Below are positions 5,801-8,260 of a DNA stretch of 8,260 nucleotides, piece after piece. The stretch's first letter is position 1, and every line of letters begins with the position of its first letter. Origin of the DNA: Amoeboradix gromovi X-113 (taxonomy: Eukaryota > Fungi > Sanchytriomycota). Location of the stretch: the NCBI GenBank assembly GCA_018985225.1, contig JADGIF010000453.1, positions 1-8,260 of the forward strand, in the 5' to 3' direction. A model generated the notes under the pieces. That model saw nothing but the letters and a program-made list of their open reading frames with translations, ran no database searches and had not been told where the DNA came from. The translations under genes were made by a program, and so were the position numbers.

Positions 5801-8015
5801 AACTAATGCTTTAACCGAGTACACAAACGCAATACATGTTCCTGAGCTAAAACAACATGCCCACTCTATTTTGAAAGCATTGGGAAACGACGAATATTTA
5901 GATTCTTGTTTTAGTGATTTGTTAGCTACCACATTCACTCATTCTGTTGACGTTTCGAGCTTTGCGTTGCTCTTGCCATTGCTAACCAAAGGACTGCACG
6001 TCAATAAGCACAAGGATGTTTTGATAAGATCGAGCCAGTTAATCGGATCACTAACTAACATTTGTACGATGGAAGTAATAAACACGTATTTCATAGATTT
6101 GCTACCCAAATTAAAAGAGTTAACAAACATGGCATTGCCAGAGATCAGAGCATACGCATGCAAAGCATATGGCAGTATAGTGAACAAGTTACCCAATAAA
6201 ATGGAGTATTTGCACTCCATCCTAACTGAACTACAGTCCACTTCAAACACAAATGGCATAGCACAGTTAACTAGCGAGTTGTTCTATGCTAATGGGATTG
6301 AATCACTGACCACTTTATTTCCTATGATTCATGATAACTGTACTAAATATGCATACAACTATACAATGCTGTTGAATTACCTACCAATGACATTTAGCAC
6401 TAACTATACTGCATTAATTCCTGATACTTTAGATTGCTTAACTATCGGGCTGACAAATAGTAACAACAGCGTTGTTGAACTGGCTATTAAAGGTGCATTA
6501 GTGCTAATACAGCAATATCCTAACATTGATTTGCTATTGCCACCTATCATAGAATTAATGCACACTGCCAAACTGCAATCATTCCAGTTGTTGATGGAGC
6601 TGATTGTAGCTACGACTAATGTAGACATCAATAGCAAGAACACCAACATACAATCCGTGCTTCAATCCAAATTTGCAGGATACTTTAACACCGTATGCGC
6701 TCACGTGTATTGTAACAGGTTTGATGAGCATTTAAATGTCAGGTCCATTTGTACACTTTTGTGGAAGTTGATTATTTTAGATACTGGTGCTATATTGCCT
6801 ATAATTACCAGTGAAATACTAGACATTCTGTGTCTGTTTACAAGTGAACAAGCTAGTGCTATCTGTATTGATATAAATACAAAGTACAAGGAATTCTACA
6901 AAATAGCCATGGACCATGCGCAGCTGCATGACAACATCGAGCTAATAGGTATATTGGTGCCATACTATCCACATGTCGACATAGAGTATATAACTAGGTT
7001 AATAGCGGCTTCTAGTGATAGTGAATCGTCTATTCATGTCATTTCAAAGATTATCAAAAATATGCCTGGAATCGTTGATGACCTACTGAAACTTAACACA
7101 CCATGGATCAAAATACTGCCGTTATTACCAGAATACTATGAGCAGATCATTGACCAATACCCTGCTATGCTAATGGAGATAAATGACGAGCTGATTGTCA
7201 ACAACAATATTCAGTACATTTTCACTAGATTGACTTCGAATACAGGCACGCTATTGACACTAAGCCACTTGTTCAAACGTATTAATGAATCGACTGCCAC
7301 AACATTAGTAGGGCTAGTTGCTCATGAGCTGCATCACCATAGACATGTTTTGCTGTGCTGTTTAATTTTGCAAGTTTTGTGCGACATTCATTCCAGTGTA
7401 ATATATGCGCAGTATTGGAGCATATTTAACAACCTAATTATTAACGATAATTCAGAGATATTAAATACTGTAAACAGTATATGCATGTGTATACCAAGAA
7501 ACTATACAACAGAGTACTGCCTCAAGTTTGCTACTTACATAACTAGCGCACTTGCATCACATCAAGTTGAGCACGTAGATTATGTGCAGCATATGTTACT
7601 GAGCAACTACACCAGCATATACAGGGATGAATGCATAGAAGCAGTGTACATGACAAGTATAAAACACGACAACATTACAATGGGATGGATAGGGCCATTA
7701 ATAAGAGTGTTGCCTGACTGCAACGTAATCGGGTACAAACTGATGCTGTATTACATGACTCATTGTAACATTAAACCATTTCTACCTCAGTTACACAGGG
7801 TTTTATTAAAAGCAAACGCAAACAATGATAATGAGGTATTAGATGAACTGACCAGCTCATTCATAAGCAAACACACAAGAGCGGAATTGTTTATTAAAGA
7901 ACTAAACGAAATTAAAGAATTGAGATCATCGCACGCAAGTAAAGTAGAAAGTGGTATACACAATGATATGCTAGACGGGAAAGTCAGCAGAAACACAAGA
8001 GATATCGAAAGCTAG
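2814..8015 (+). CDS. GCN1: Gcn1, HEAT-repeat ribosome-collision sensor / eIF2-alpha kinase Gcn2 activator; divergent and shortened (1733 aa)
   Basis: Blocks colinear with Gcn1 sequences as I recall them. eEF3-like region: RLYEPYII..LQGFGD (E893), QWRIRNGCCLLL (W949), IIPALTTATNDSHYQV, VPELK, TTFTHSVDVSSFALLLPLL, LPEIRAYACKAYG (P1109). Downstream: LLNYLPMTF, VYCNRFDEHLNVRSICTLLWKLI (W1317), C-terminal GPLIRVL (R1631) and KPFLPQL (K1654). No ABC/Walker motifs, so not eEF3/New1. Single uninterrupted ATG..TAG ORF. Confidence 0.9.
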   Translation: METLFTQFLQDKELKNCDFDIFIKRRPAQVLPIIKQLKDLRHQYKSFYKIEDSTLDKWFKRYNESALLLLIFIHPWVSIEESIVHDYMKAVLENPYASDYKKGLCYNYIIYCLDSEELLGDKQKSLKAIRLLILHNKFPNSSFSWTESNFSLSIQNPYESIANIKIQHAVIEPKVAAKYLLDLFFNTVPSIQFLIKQMLPSIITPSIWDALYNHLVLYNNANVDIVLRKYVLIFLLKSAATSSRFTTQLQLLWPLLHDTYDSWSIINYVDKHYSRDFHTQQSKTRQLLLGLIPSVALNKTAFLILLTDHMFCADGNSQLKTVLSTCCRDCGHWLEISNAISEEDIAIYNHKNYYPVKDVLNIQAIKDVKDRELRFKQVNQKLIKLNPKDSELLNQQIHSEESIRNHVQSTIDSCPLSLFIDYFDALLELPVKSINLPCVRSLFDNYALLLLLPSIFNIKLAPLIAFLNFVGLKSYSTNLLIIKYTQMPFDDPSDLFLSLTEYSAITNCIPIIASCIQLFILNNQLLPVITKYLSNNMEICLHFNNIPFLLPSLFNIADKSIVLKIMQQIISASTVHDELVCGLLKLYDSPDESNRSLVVDCVPLLNCKHEFIYAFNDMLAVAGDKTKSVVPNTSFINLYNDSATPFIWNTISKYISFSKNSKSLISSYTLEYSTLVNTQHYRQSNYNRKAFLLTKLYYLLLANPDCITATLSSFVDKNEINDEEMYELFTEYFSSLIKLNKSTTSTLLPYLQSILQNNNHLLIIQWIGQFYLHLSNDQCLPIFKQLIVAVSLISNEQEQITASKVFLNYWDKVDYTEFVSVKKQSIMQMDVVSIRSKALLLATWAKSKRIKYYTSTKNDDLIIEYSNDANENCRLFSLKLLDYHSLLFNRLYEPYIIKHLLICLQGFGDVQSCRVATNLFMKRILPKCSLTTFKLMIPKCLLLISNSQWRIRNGCCLLLLQVALLDPVIITDQLSFIIPALTTATNDSHYQVSASATNALTEYTNAIHVPELKQHAHSILKALGNDEYLDSCFSDLLATTFTHSVDVSSFALLLPLLTKGLHVNKHKDVLIRSSQLIGSLTNICTMEVINTYFIDLLPKLKELTNMALPEIRAYACKAYGSIVNKLPNKMEYLHSILTELQSTSNTNGIAQLTSELFYANGIESLTTLFPMIHDNCTKYAYNYTMLLNYLPMTFSTNYTALIPDTLDCLTIGLTNSNNSVVELAIKGALVLIQQYPNIDLLLPPIIELMHTAKLQSFQLLMELIVATTNVDINSKNTNIQSVLQSKFAGYFNTVCAHVYCNRFDEHLNVRSICTLLWKLIILDTGAILPIITSEILDILCLFTSEQASAICIDINTKYKEFYKIAMDHAQLHDNIELIGILVPYYPHVDIEYITRLIAASSDSESSIHVISKIIKNMPGIVDDLLKLNTPWIKILPLLPEYYEQIIDQYPAMLMEINDELIVNNNIQYIFTRLTSNTGTLLTLSHLFKRINESTATTLVGLVAHELHHHRHVLLCCLILQVLCDIHSSVIYAQYWSIFNNLIINDNSEILNTVNSICMCIPRNYTTEYCLKFATYITSALASHQVEHVDYVQHMLLSNYTSIYRDECIEAVYMTSIKHDNITMGWIGPLIRVLPDCNVIGYKLMLYYMTHCNIKPFLPQLHRVLLKANANNDNEVLDELTSSFISKHTRAELFIKELNEIKELRSSHASKVESGIHNDMLDGKVSRNTRDIES

Positions 8016-8050
8016 ACTGAACATTCGCTTCGAAGTTCCCACAAGATCAA

Positions 8051-8068
8051 AATAAATAAATTTATTTA
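8051..8068. promoter_or_regulatory. Putative polyadenylation signal(s) downstream of GCN1; palindromic, possibly bidirectional
   Basis: AATAAA at 8051-8056 and 8055-8060 (+) and at 8066-8061 (-), about 35 nt after the stop codon. Confidence 0.5.
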
Positions 8069-8260
8069 ACGCTGTTGAACGCGCTATTGCCATGCACTCT
8101 TAAAAACGCTAATGAGTAAAAACTTAACGACAAAGTATTTATATAGCCAATTTATCCTTAAATCACAGCTATTATAGAAATCGTGGAACCCAATCGCAGA
8201 AATGCGACCTCCTAGAAAGATGTTTCAGTCCAATAATATGCCATTAACCCTTTTCTCAAT

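Noticed and set aside
5490-6190. eEF3/New1 assignment for the large ORF
   Set aside because: Similarity is limited to the HEAT region shared with Gcn1. No ABC cassettes are present, and Gcn1-specific downstream motifs are.
3668-7996. Short minus-strand ORFs (60-154 aa) and the 67-aa alternative-frame plus ORF at 4639-4842
   Set aside because: All lie inside GCN1 and show no motifs; typical antisense or alternative-frame shadows.
295-8015. Non-standard genetic code
   Set aside because: Both long ORFs translate uninterrupted with the standard code and end at TAA or TAG; no visible sign of stop-codon reassignment.

Overview
AT-rich, gene-dense, apparently intron-poor eukaryotic DNA. A fungal or other opisthokont source with a compact genome is plausible, but the species cannot be determined from sequence alone. 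Two divergently transcribed protein genes flank a 1.3-kb intergenic region: TRM5 (tRNA m1G37 methyltransferase, minus strand) and a shortened, divergent GCN1 (1733 aa, plus strand). The intergenic region holds two 100% identical tRNA-Asp(GTC) genes in inverted, convergent orientation, giving a mirror layout: <-TRM5 | tRNA-Asp-> | 868-bp spacer | <-tRNA-Asp | GCN1->. The spacer has no ORF of 60 aa or more. It does contain a near-central cluster of five ATTGTG motifs, two degenerate GGATTAG/ATCTAATCYGG modules, related palindromes and several hairpins. Its function (tRNA-bounded chromatin or centromere-like domain, invertible segment, or ncRNA) is unresolved and is the most interesting thing in the window.
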